IMG/VR virus record: IMGVR_UViG_3300037467_000887 | Location: 1-42,037 of that record | Length of the DNA: 42,037 nt | Direction: 5' to 3' (one strand) | Origin: a virus | Lineage: Duplodnaviria; Caudoviricetes | Part shown: positions 16,144-24,503 of the stretch, piece by piece | Layout: the number at the start of each line of letters is the position of its first letter | Numbering within the stretch: the first letter of the stretch is position 1 | Program-made: the position numbers and the translations under genes | The notes under the pieces: model-generated | The model's database searches: none | What the model was told of the DNA's origin: nothing | Seen by the model: only the letters and a program-made list of their open reading frames with translations

Positions 16144-17559
16144 TCAGCCGTAGTAGCCGCCGTTAGGCCCGAAGTCGGTATGCGGATCGTATGCCGTGGT
16201 CGGGGTCGGGGCCTGGGCTGGTGCCGGCGGCGCGGCGCCTGGCTGCGGCGCCGGCTGCGCTGCCGGCTGCGCCGAGCCATAGCTCGGGTCCGACCACAGG
16301 TCGGCCAGGCCTGGCACCCCGCCGAGCTGGGCGATCGTGTTCATGCCATCCTGCGCCGAGGCAATCGCCTGGTTGATCGCGTTCTGTTTGGACGCCGGGT
16401 CCAGGTTGCTGGTTTCGATCTGCGCGATGTTCTGCGCCATCTGCTGCACCACCGAGGCGGCGCCGGAATTCGACTGGATCAGGTTTCTCCACTGGCCCTC
16501 GACATTGGCCACCGCGACCCGTCCGTCGTTGCTCAGTTGCTGCACGATCTGCTGGGTCTGCTGGTTGATGTAAGCGACGTCGCGCTGGGTGTTGCCATTG
16601 ATGTTGGCGACGTCGACCGTGCGGTCGGCCGAGTACATGTTGGCGTTGGCCATTGCCTGCGTGCCTTCGAGCTGGCGGTCGGACGCATATTGCGTGCCGG
16701 CCAGGTTCTGGTCGGCGTTGTACATGGTGCCGCGCAGGCTGTTGTCCGAGGCATAGCGCACCCCGGTCAGTTGGTTGTCCGACGAATACTTGGTGCCTTC
16801 GAGCTGGCGATCCGAGGAATACACGGTGCCGGCATAGTTCTTGTCGGCGCTGTACATGGTGCCGCGCAGGCCCTGGTCGGCGGTGTACACCCGGCCCTTG
16901 AGGTCGTTGTCGGAGGCGTACACGGTGCCGGCATATTGCTTGTCGGCGCCATAGCGCGAGGCCGCCGCGCCGATGTTGGCCACATCGCGCGAGGTGTCGT
17001 TGTTCATCGACGTGGTGCGGATCGAGGTCAGGTTGTTGGCGTTGGTGATGCCCGCCTTGTTGAACTCGCCGGCATTGAACTGCAGCTGCTGGTTTCTCGC
17101 ATCCTGGTTGCGCATCGCGAACTGGTTGGCCTCGTCGGTGTTGTAGGCGGCGGCGTGGCCAAACGTCGCAGCGTCAGCCTGCGCGATCGGCATGGCCGCG
17201 TCATACAGCGCCGACTGGCCGGCGGTGACCGCCATCGACGAGTTGAGCAAGCCGCGGCTGTTGGCGTCCGCCGCCGCCCGCGCCTGTGCCTGCTGCATCA
17301 GCGGCGAATTGGAGGCGATGATGCCCTGCAACTGCCCCTGCACGGTCTGGTTATTGTCGACGTTCCATTGCGCGGCATTGCCCAGCATCGAGGCGTTGTA
17401 GCCTTGCGTGCCGGTGACTTGCAGCGTGTTGGGGTCGACTTGGGCGGCGCCCTGCGCGACCGTGCCGCCGGACGATGGCTGCGGGGTCGCCAGCGTGGTC
17501 GAGCCCTGCCCGACCGAGGGGGCTTGATACATGTTCGAGCCAAGGATGCCAGTGGCCAT
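16144..17559 (-). CDS. Internal virion/DNA pilot-like protein with 11-aa repeats
   Basis: N/Q/A-rich helical protein, NSRGLLNSSMA motif, about 9 GTxY(A/S)(A/S)DxxL repeats; GGAG RBS. Confidence 0.75.
   Translation of the reverse strand: MATGILGSNMYQAPSVGQGSTTLATPQPSSGGTVAQGAAQVDPNTLQVTGTQGYNASMLGNAAQWNVDNNQTVQGQLQGIIASNSPLMQQAQARAAADANSRGLLNSSMAVTAGQSALYDAAMPIAQADAATFGHAAAYNTDEANQFAMRNQDARNQQLQFNAGEFNKAGITNANNLTSIRTTSMNNDTSRDVANIGAAASRYGADKQYAGTVYASDNDLKGRVYTADQGLRGTMYSADKNYAGTVYSSDRQLEGTKYSSDNQLTGVRYASDNSLRGTMYNADQNLAGTQYASDRQLEGTQAMANANMYSADRTVDVANINGNTQRDVAYINQQTQQIVQQLSNDGRVAVANVEGQWRNLIQSNSGAASVVQQMAQNIAQIETSNLDPASKQNAINQAIASAQDGMNTIAQLGGVPGLADLWSDPSYGSAQPAAQPAPQPGAAPPAPAQAPTPTTAYDPHTDFGPNGGYYG
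16661..16963 (-). repeat. Degenerate 33-bp (11-aa) tandem repeats
   Basis: GTVYASDNDLK/GRVYTADQGLR/GTMYSADKNYA/GTVYSSDRQLE/GTKYSSDNQLT/GVRYASDNSLR/GTMYNADQNLA/GTQYASDRQLE. Confidence 0.85.
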
Positions 17560-17580
17560 AATGAGTTCTCCAGGAAAGAA

Positions 17581-20500
17581 TTAACCGATCGACCAGGCGC
17601 GAACGTAGTCGATCTCGAAAGCATTGCCGGTGCCGGTCGGGGTGCTGCCATCCGGGTCGCCGGAGGCACTGCCGAACCACAGGTCGAACAGGATGTACAT
17701 GCGCCCGTTGTGGCCGAAGCTGATCGGGTCGCCCAGTGGGTCGCCGTCGAAGTAGAACTGCACCTGGCCGTTCTGCCACTTGACGCCGTACACATGGAAG
17801 GCGGCCGACAGGTCGACCGTGGATCTCACGTCGCCCAGCTTGAGCGCGCCCGGGATGTCGTTGACGGTCGGGTAATGGACGGTGGCGCCAAAGTTGATCG
17901 GGTGCAGGTTGCTGTCGCTCCAGCCGCTGTCGACGCCGCCGCCCGAGTACGCTTCCATGACGTCGACTTCCGGTCGGGTGTCGTCGTTGGCGTCATGGTT
18001 GAACAGCCAGAACGCCGGCCAGCAGCCACGGCCGATCGGCAGCTTCATGCGCGCCTCGAAGAAGCCGAAGGTCTGGTAATACTTGCCATCGGTGTCGATG
18101 GTGCGGTTGACGAACGATGGCAGCGGCCAGATCCGCAACAGGCTGTTGCCGTTGGCGTTGACGTCGTAGTTGATGTTCGAGTCGCCGCTCTCGTACCAGA
18201 TCGCGTCGTTCCAGACATTGCGGTTCAAGCCGCTGCCATCGAACTCGTCGTGGAACTGCAGCGTATAGCCGGAGGACACCGCGGGATTGAGCGTCGGGAA
18301 CAGGCTGCCGCCGGAGGGCGGCGGCGAGGTCGACGGGCTGTTGATCGCCGTGTTCCAGGACGAGGCAATGAAGTCGCCGATCGCGATGTAGGTAGCCTGG
18401 TTTGGATGCAGGCCGTCCGGCATGTAGTCTTCCAGCACGCCGGTGCCATTGGTCACCCGGTTCTTGCTGAACGTGAAGGTGTCGATCATCGGCGTATTCG
18501 ACGCTGCCGCCTGGTCGCGCGCGGCCTGTGCATAGTCCGCGGTGGCGGCAAACTTGTTGTACAGCGGCGTCAGGATCACCGGCGTGTGGTTGTTGTTGCG
18601 CGCGGTGTTGATCATGCTGTTGAGGTTCAGCTTGAACTGGCCCGTGGTCATGTCGAACTGGTCGAGCGCGCCGAACATGATGGCGACATATTTCGCCTTC
18701 GAGAACTGCATCTGCTGGGTCCAGTTCGGATGCACGCCATCGGAGCCGTCGAGCGCCTTGGCCGTGGTCGAGCTGTTGACGCCTTCGTTGTGGACCTCGT
18801 ACTCGGTGTGCTTGAGCGCGAATTCCGCCGGGTACGGCGTGGCCACGTAGTCGCTGCCGGTAAAGCCTGCGGTGGTCGAATCGCCGTAAAACTCGACGAT
18901 GTCCTTGGTGCTGGTGCCCGAGCCGGTCGGATAGCTCTTGGTGTCGAGGTTGTCGTAGGCTTCCTGCATCTTGGTCGCGATCGGGCTGCCGGGGGAAAAG
19001 TCGGCATTGCCCTCGGTCAGGCCGTCATCGAAGCTATACCAGCAGATGGCCAGCAAGCCGAGCTGCTTGGCTGATACCATCAGGTCGTACATCATCTGCG
19101 CCTTCGTGTCCTGGCTTGCATTGCAGAACACCGGGCCGGCCGAGCCGGGATGCAGGCTGTTGAAGAAGCCATGCTCGGTGTCGCACAACGGCTTGCTGGT
19201 GCCGGCCTGCGTCATCCAGTTGCGGATTTGGCTGACCAGGTCGCTGAGGACGTAGTTGCTGCTGCCACCCTCCCCGTTCGCGTAGTCATAGGGGTGAAAG
19301 CTGAGAACGTCGAAATAGTTGTAGATCGGCGTGCCGTCCGAACAGGTGGCCGCCAGCAGGAACGGGATGCCGCCTTCCCACGACTGGGGAGGCGAGAACA
19401 CCGGCAGATTCGGGTCCACCCGTTTTGCTGCCCGGTAGAGCCGCTGCTGGATATCGGCCAGTTGCGTCCTGGTGCCGGTGAAATATTCGTACGGCGACTG
19501 ATCGTCGGTGTCGAACGGTTCGTTCCAGCCTTCCACGGCGAACAGGTACTGGCGCGCGTGCGAAATGAAGCGGTAGCAATAATCCTCGTAGGCGTCGAGA
19601 TTGGCCGGTCCCGACATCGAACCGACCACGCCATAGCGCGAGCTGCCTTCCTGGCTGAAGTCCCAGACATCGGAGACGCTTTGCACCCGCGCCGCCCAGG
19701 TCGGCACCGAGCCGAAGGTCTTGATCACCTTGGCGCCGGCATTGGCGACGGCCTGATAGGTGCTGTCCACCGGGCCAAAGTCGATCGAGCCATCGGACTG
19801 CCAGATGTACATGTCGGCAGTGCCGTCGCGGTCCCAGTCGCGGAACAGGCCGAAGTCAAATGATGGATTGGGTGAGCCGCCGCCCCACGAGCGGTGCGAG
19901 TGCAGCGCGGTGTGGTACTGGTCTTTCAGGCCGGGACCGGTGGTCGTCCCACCGCCACCGCTGCTGCCGCCACCGCCGCTACTGCCGCCACCGCTGCTGC
20001 CGCCACTGCTGGGCGGCGGCGGCATCTTGCTGGCGATGAAGGCGGCAATCTGGTCGTAGGTAGCCTGGCTCGGGTTGGTGCCGTCCGGCAGCCAATCGGT
20101 GAGCGCACCGGTGAACGCGGTTTGCGACCAGCCATACACATCGATGCAGGTCACGCCAAGCTGCGTGGCCAGGTTGATGATCCCATTGTTGTAGGCCGAC
20201 GTGTCGCTCGTGATCTTGTGCTCGGTGAGCAGGATCACCGTCTTGCCAGCATTCTGCGCCGCGGTCACCAGCTGCTGCAGGTTGCTGGTGAAGGTCGCCA
20301 CCGCTACCCCATTCTTGAACTCGTTGTAGCCGAACATCAGGCAGATCACGCTGGCGCTGGTGTTCGCCATCTGCTGGCTCCAGGCCGGATGCACGCCATC
20401 GGAGCCGTTCAAGGCCTTGGCGGCGTCGTTGCCCTGCAGTCCCTCGTTGCGTACCGTGTAGGCAGCCAGGTCAGCGTCGACGGTGTCCGGCCATGGCGTG

Positions 20501-23500
20501 GCTGCGCGCGGGCCGGAGTACGGCAGCACCGCGCCATACTCGTAGGCGCCCAGGTCGATGGCGTTGCCAGCCGGGCGGCTCGCGCCATCGAAGTCTTCGG
20601 TCGGCGCATTGGTCGACAAGCCCTTGTCGATACACTGCGAGGTCGACACCAGGTGATAATCGCCGGTGCCGTCGATCTGGTAATTCACGAACCCTGGCAG
20701 GCCCGAGGTGATGTTGTTCGATTGCGTGGCCAGGTCGGACGGCGACACCAGGATCGCCACGCCCTGATTGCCGCCGACATAGTTGTTGTTAATGACGCTG
20801 CCGGTAACCAGGCTGTTGGCCACGGCGATGCCGCCGGTGTAGTTCTGGTTGCCGGGGTTGTTGTCATAGACGATGTTGTTTTCGCAGGTGAACGGCCCAC
20901 CCTCGGTGATGTTGTAGAAGCCGCCGCCGGAAAAGATGATGCCGCGCCCGCAGCGGAACACCGTGTTGTTGACGGCCTTGCCGTTGCGCGAATCGTGGTA
21001 CGAGTTGATGCCGGCACCAGTGGTCAGGTACACCACGCAGTTCTTCACCGTCCAGTCATGGCTCTGCATGTAGATGCCGTGGTAAGCCTCGCAGTCGCCG
21101 ATGTTGCCCGGACCCATGTGATGCACCACGCAGTTCAACACGTCGTGGTAACCCTGGCCGGTGAAGCCGGACGCGGCAATCCCCGCGCCGCCGTTGGCAT
21201 CGCAGTCGTTGCCCATGCCGATGTGGTGCGCCAGCACGTTCTTGGCCGTCTGGTGGTTGCCCTCCATCCAGAGGCCGATGCTCCAGGTGCCCAGCGACTG
21301 GCCGTCGAACTGGAAGCCGTCGACCCAGCAGTAGTCGCCGTGCAGCACCCAGGCAGTGCCGTACGTGCCGGAACCGGTCGGCACGATCTTGGCGCCCCAC
21401 TTGTTGACTGACCAGAAGTAGATCAAGCCATTGGCGGTGCCGGCGCAGTTGGTGGTCATGGCACTGATGGCGTAGGTGCCATCGGCCACATGGATCGTGG
21501 TGTCGGGTTGTGCGACCGAGGCTGCCTTGTCGATCGTCGCGTATGGCGCCGCCTCGGTGCCGTTGCCGGTGGTATCGTTGCCGGTGGTGGCCACGTAAAT
21601 GTGGTTGGCCGTATTCGGCGCCGCGCGCACGCCGGACGAGGTGCCCCAGGCGAAATCACCGCCATAGACATCCATCGGCACCACACTCGGCGTGCCGCCG
21701 GAGCCGCCGCCCGGACTGGAGCCGGAAGACGGTTGCCAGGCGCGCACGTAATCGATCTGGTAGCTGTTGCCGCTGCCTTGCGGCGTGTCGGTCGTGTTCG
21801 GCAGCAGGGACGATGGCGAAGTCTCGAACCACAGCGACAGCAGCATATGCATCGCATAGGTCTGCAACGCACTGGTGAGCACCTTGCTGCCAACCTGCAC
21901 GCCATCGAAATAAAAGGTCACGCCATCGGCATCCCATTTCATGCCATACACATGGAGCGACGTCGACAGGTCGGCCGCCGAGGACGAGTTGGTGAGCCGT
22001 CGCTGGTCGATCAAGCCTTGCGCATTGTTGTAGGCGCGGCCGGCATAATCGGTCGGGTGATAGGCGGATGTGCCCCAGTTGCCGCCACCGGCGGTCGCCG
22101 TGCCGCTGCCGGTCGGCGACGGGAAGGTGGCATCGGCCGCCTTGATTTCCCCGATGCGCTGCGCGACATAGTCGCCAATGCGCTGGTGATGCGACGGGTT
22201 CGGCGCATAGCCGTTCGGGACCAGGTCGTAAATGTCGTAGCCGTTGTCGACCCGGAAATTCTTGGTATAGGTAAAGACATCGATCAGCTGGCAGGTCTTC
22301 GCGCTGGCCGCGCCATTGATCGCGTCGAGCACGGTTTCCCAGTCGTTCGAGTCAGTCTCGTTCGGCGTGACCAGGATCACGTACTTCGGGGTCGGTGCGT
22401 TGCGCGCGGTGTCGATCAGGGATGCCAGGTCGGCCTGGATCTGCTCGTTGGTGCGTCCCTCGTAGAAATCAGCCCAGCCAAGCTGCAGCAGCACCACCTT
22501 GCTCGATGCTCCCTGCATCTGGGTCGCAAAGTCGGTGGTGTTGATGCCTTGGCGCAGGCGGTTCGCCGAGTTCCAGTCGACCGAGTGGCCAAAGCAGTCG
22601 TAGCCGCTGGTATCGAGGTCGGCATCGACCACAGACGGCCATGGGTTGGCCGCGCCCTCGCCGGTGGCGCCATCCATGTACGACATCTGGGCGCCGTGCT
22701 GGTCGATGGTGATGCGGGTGGTGATGCCGCTGCCGGTGTTCTGCTCGGTGCCGCCCGGGAAGGCGATCATCGCATCGATCTCGGGGCGGTCGGTGCCCGA
22801 ATCGTCGTACAGCAGCCAGAACGCCGGGATCGTGCCGCGCCCGATCGGCAGCTTGGCGCGGATCTCGAAGAAGCCATACTTCTGGCTGAACTTGCCGCGG
22901 GTGGTGATCGCGCGGTCGACATACCCGGTGTCGGGCCAGATGTTGAGGTTGCCGCCGGAAACCGAATAGTTCTGCACCGCCGGCTCGCTCTGGCCGGTGA
23001 ACACGGTGTTCCACTTGGAGGTGTCGAGCGACGACCCGGGGAACGTGTCCTCGAAGGTCAGGGTCCAAGCGCCACCGACACCGGTCGGCTGCGGGCCGGT
23101 CGGCACCGGCGTGCCGGTGGTCGAGCCCAGCGTCTCCGGGCCGGTATCGATGCCCAGCTCATAATCCACGCCATTGACCAATCCGGCGCTGGTCGGCCAG
23201 GTCCAGGTATTGTTGTTAGTAAAGACCGCATCGGTCGCGTAAAAATATTGCCCATTGATCTGGACCGCGCGAAAGCCGTTGGTCTGGCTGAAGGTGCCGG
23301 ACAGTACGAAGCGGAATTGCCGGCCGCTGCCATCGAAGTCGAACGCCGAGACGACCGTGTTGCCCAGGTAGCTGGTGGGCGACAAGGCGCCAAACCCGCT
23401 GCCAAAGCCGATGGTCGAGCCGGAGACGCCTGCTGTCAGCGACAGCTGGAACTGGTCGGTGCCGAGCAAGTCGCCCAGCGTGATGTCGCCGGTTTTCTTG

Positions 23501-23607
23501 CCGGCCAGGGCGCGCACCTCGTTCGATCCCAGGACGAGGTCGCCGGACTCCTCGATCTCGGTTTCGACTTCGCCCAGCGTGATGTCACCGGAAGCAGGCA
23601 GCGTCAT
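17581..23607 (-). CDS. Giant tail-fibre adhesin/depolymerase (2008 aa): fibre-attachment N-terminus, 2x GH16, 3x SGNH, beta-helix and clan GH-A (GH39-like) domains
   Basis: MTLPASGDITLG N-terminus. GH16 motifs F.D.F...W, PAFWL, E(I/V)DxxE, HVYG..W and IDYVRAW. SGNH GDS...DGLHP. YVATTGND...PYATI...DLGAYE beta-helix. WNEP...FHPY...TEHG barrel. Confidence 0.85.
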   Translation of the reverse strand: MTLPASGDITLGEVETEIEESGDLVLGSNEVRALAGKKTGDITLGDLLGTDQFQLSLTAGVSGSTIGFGSGFGALSPTSYLGNTVVSAFDFDGSGRQFRFVLSGTFSQTNGFRAVQINGQYFYATDAVFTNNNTWTWPTSAGLVNGVDYELGIDTGPETLGSTTGTPVPTGPQPTGVGGAWTLTFEDTFPGSSLDTSKWNTVFTGQSEPAVQNYSVSGGNLNIWPDTGYVDRAITTRGKFSQKYGFFEIRAKLPIGRGTIPAFWLLYDDSGTDRPEIDAMIAFPGGTEQNTGSGITTRITIDQHGAQMSYMDGATGEGAANPWPSVVDADLDTSGYDCFGHSVDWNSANRLRQGINTTDFATQMQGASSKVVLLQLGWADFYEGRTNEQIQADLASLIDTARNAPTPKYVILVTPNETDSNDWETVLDAINGAASAKTCQLIDVFTYTKNFRVDNGYDIYDLVPNGYAPNPSHHQRIGDYVAQRIGEIKAADATFPSPTGSGTATAGGGNWGTSAYHPTDYAGRAYNNAQGLIDQRRLTNSSSAADLSTSLHVYGMKWDADGVTFYFDGVQVGSKVLTSALQTYAMHMLLSLWFETSPSSLLPNTTDTPQGSGNSYQIDYVRAWQPSSGSSPGGGSGGTPSVVPMDVYGGDFAWGTSSGVRAAPNTANHIYVATTGNDTTGNGTEAAPYATIDKAASVAQPDTTIHVADGTYAISAMTTNCAGTANGLIYFWSVNKWGAKIVPTGSGTYGTAWVLHGDYCWVDGFQFDGQSLGTWSIGLWMEGNHQTAKNVLAHHIGMGNDCDANGGAGIAASGFTGQGYHDVLNCVVHHMGPGNIGDCEAYHGIYMQSHDWTVKNCVVYLTTGAGINSYHDSRNGKAVNNTVFRCGRGIIFSGGGFYNITEGGPFTCENNIVYDNNPGNQNYTGGIAVANSLVTGSVINNNYVGGNQGVAILVSPSDLATQSNNITSGLPGFVNYQIDGTGDYHLVSTSQCIDKGLSTNAPTEDFDGASRPAGNAIDLGAYEYGAVLPYSGPRAATPWPDTVDADLAAYTVRNEGLQGNDAAKALNGSDGVHPAWSQQMANTSASVICLMFGYNEFKNGVAVATFTSNLQQLVTAAQNAGKTVILLTEHKITSDTSAYNNGIINLATQLGVTCIDVYGWSQTAFTGALTDWLPDGTNPSQATYDQIAAFIASKMPPPPSSGGSSGGGSSGGGGSSGGGGTTTGPGLKDQYHTALHSHRSWGGGSPNPSFDFGLFRDWDRDGTADMYIWQSDGSIDFGPVDSTYQAVANAGAKVIKTFGSVPTWAARVQSVSDVWDFSQEGSSRYGVVGSMSGPANLDAYEDYCYRFISHARQYLFAVEGWNEPFDTDDQSPYEYFTGTRTQLADIQQRLYRAAKRVDPNLPVFSPPQSWEGGIPFLLAATCSDGTPIYNYFDVLSFHPYDYANGEGGSSNYVLSDLVSQIRNWMTQAGTSKPLCDTEHGFFNSLHPGSAGPVFCNASQDTKAQMMYDLMVSAKQLGLLAICWYSFDDGLTEGNADFSPGSPIATKMQEAYDNLDTKSYPTGSGTSTKDIVEFYGDSTTAGFTGSDYVATPYPAEFALKHTEYEVHNEGVNSSTTAKALDGSDGVHPNWTQQMQFSKAKYVAIMFGALDQFDMTTGQFKLNLNSMINTARNNNHTPVILTPLYNKFAATADYAQAARDQAAASNTPMIDTFTFSKNRVTNGTGVLEDYMPDGLHPNQATYIAIGDFIASSWNTAINSPSTSPPPSGGSLFPTLNPAVSSGYTLQFHDEFDGSGLNRNVWNDAIWYESGDSNINYDVNANGNSLLRIWPLPSFVNRTIDTDGKYYQTFGFFEARMKLPIGRGCWPAFWLFNHDANDDTRPEVDVMEAYSGGGVDSGWSDSNLHPINFGATVHYPTVNDIPGALKLGDVRSTVDLSAAFHVYGVKWQNGQVQFYFDGDPLGDPISFGHNGRMYILFDLWFGSASGDPDGSTPTGTGNAFEIDYVRAWSIG

Positions 23608-24485
23608 TTGGCCCTCTTCTTCAACTGGGCGATTTCCTGGCGCAGCTTGGCCAATTCCTTCGACAGCAGCTCGCGCTCGCGCAGCCGCTCACGGATTTCC
23701 AGCGCGGCCAGCACGAACGCGGCAGGGCCGTACTCGATGCCGAGCAAGCCATCCTCGTCTTCATGCACCAGCATCGGCAGGATCTCGGCGAACGATTGCG
23801 CGCCCGCGCCAGCCCGCACTTCGCCGCTCTTGCGGTCGATGTACAAGCCGACCTTTTTCATGGCCGCCACCGCGTACAGCACGTCCGCGGGCAGCTTGGT
23901 CCAGCACTTCTTCCTTCTCTCGTCCGATACCTGCTTGATGACGGCGCCGGACACGGTGCCGGAGAAGGTCGCGTTGGTGCCACTGATGGCCCCGGTGAAG
24001 GTGTCGCCCCCCTTGTTGGCCGGGGTATAGGCGAGCGCATTGGTGATCTGCAGGGCGGTGAAGCCGGTGAGATTCTTGCCTTCGCCGCGGAAGCCTGCGG
24101 CCTGCACTTCGCCGGAAAACAGCGCCGTGGTGCCTTCCAGCGGCCCAGTCATCTTGTCGCCGCTCTTCAAGAGCACGTTGCTGGAGGTCGGCAGCACCGA
24201 CCAGACGCCGTCCGCGTACGCCTTCATTGCCTTGGCGGCGGTGTTGAAGTACAAGTCGCCGTTCTCCAGGGCCGTGCCGTCAAACCGCTGGATCGGGTCG
24301 GTGGCGAACGCGCCCTGGTAGATCAGGCGGAATTCGGAAGACGCCGAGATATCCTTGATCGACTGGTCGACCTTGTCGAAACCGGAGGCGATGGCATCGA
24401 ATTCGGCGCGCATCGCCTGCGACGAGCCGCGCGAGAACGGCACCGGCTGCTGGGCCGCGTGGTTGTAGAACGGATTGGTGGACAA
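23604..24485 (-). CDS. Tail fibre protein with C-terminal peptidase S74-type intramolecular chaperone
   Basis: TTG start with GGAG RBS; RAEFDAI..GFD anchor; GD(K/T)(M/F)TG fibre repeats; SDERRKK cleavage motif followed by G..AQ and a terminal coiled coil. Confidence 0.8.
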   Translation of the reverse strand: MSTNPFYNHAAQQPVPFSRGSSQAMRAEFDAIASGFDKVDQSIKDISASSEFRLIYQGAFATDPIQRFDGTALENGDLYFNTAAKAMKAYADGVWSVLPTSSNVLLKSGDKMTGPLEGTTALFSGEVQAAGFRGEGKNLTGFTALQITNALAYTPANKGGDTFTGAISGTNATFSGTVSGAVIKQVSDERRKKCWTKLPADVLYAVAAMKKVGLYIDRKSGEVRAGAGAQSFAEILPMLVHEDEDGLLGIEYGPAAFVLAALEIRERLRERELLSKELAKLRQEIAQLKKRAK

Positions 24486-24503
24486 GGGATCTCTCCAGGA
24501 GAA

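Noticed and set aside
16661-16963. CRISPR-like periodic repeats (also the 60-bp periodicity at 30965-31490)
   Set aside because: Degenerate in-frame coding repeats with no unique spacers and no cas genes
17581-24485. Diversity-generating retroelement targeting the adhesin, as in BPP-1-like podoviruses
   Set aside because: No reverse transcriptase and no TR/VR pair differing at adenines in the window; the internal repeats are short and explained by domain duplication
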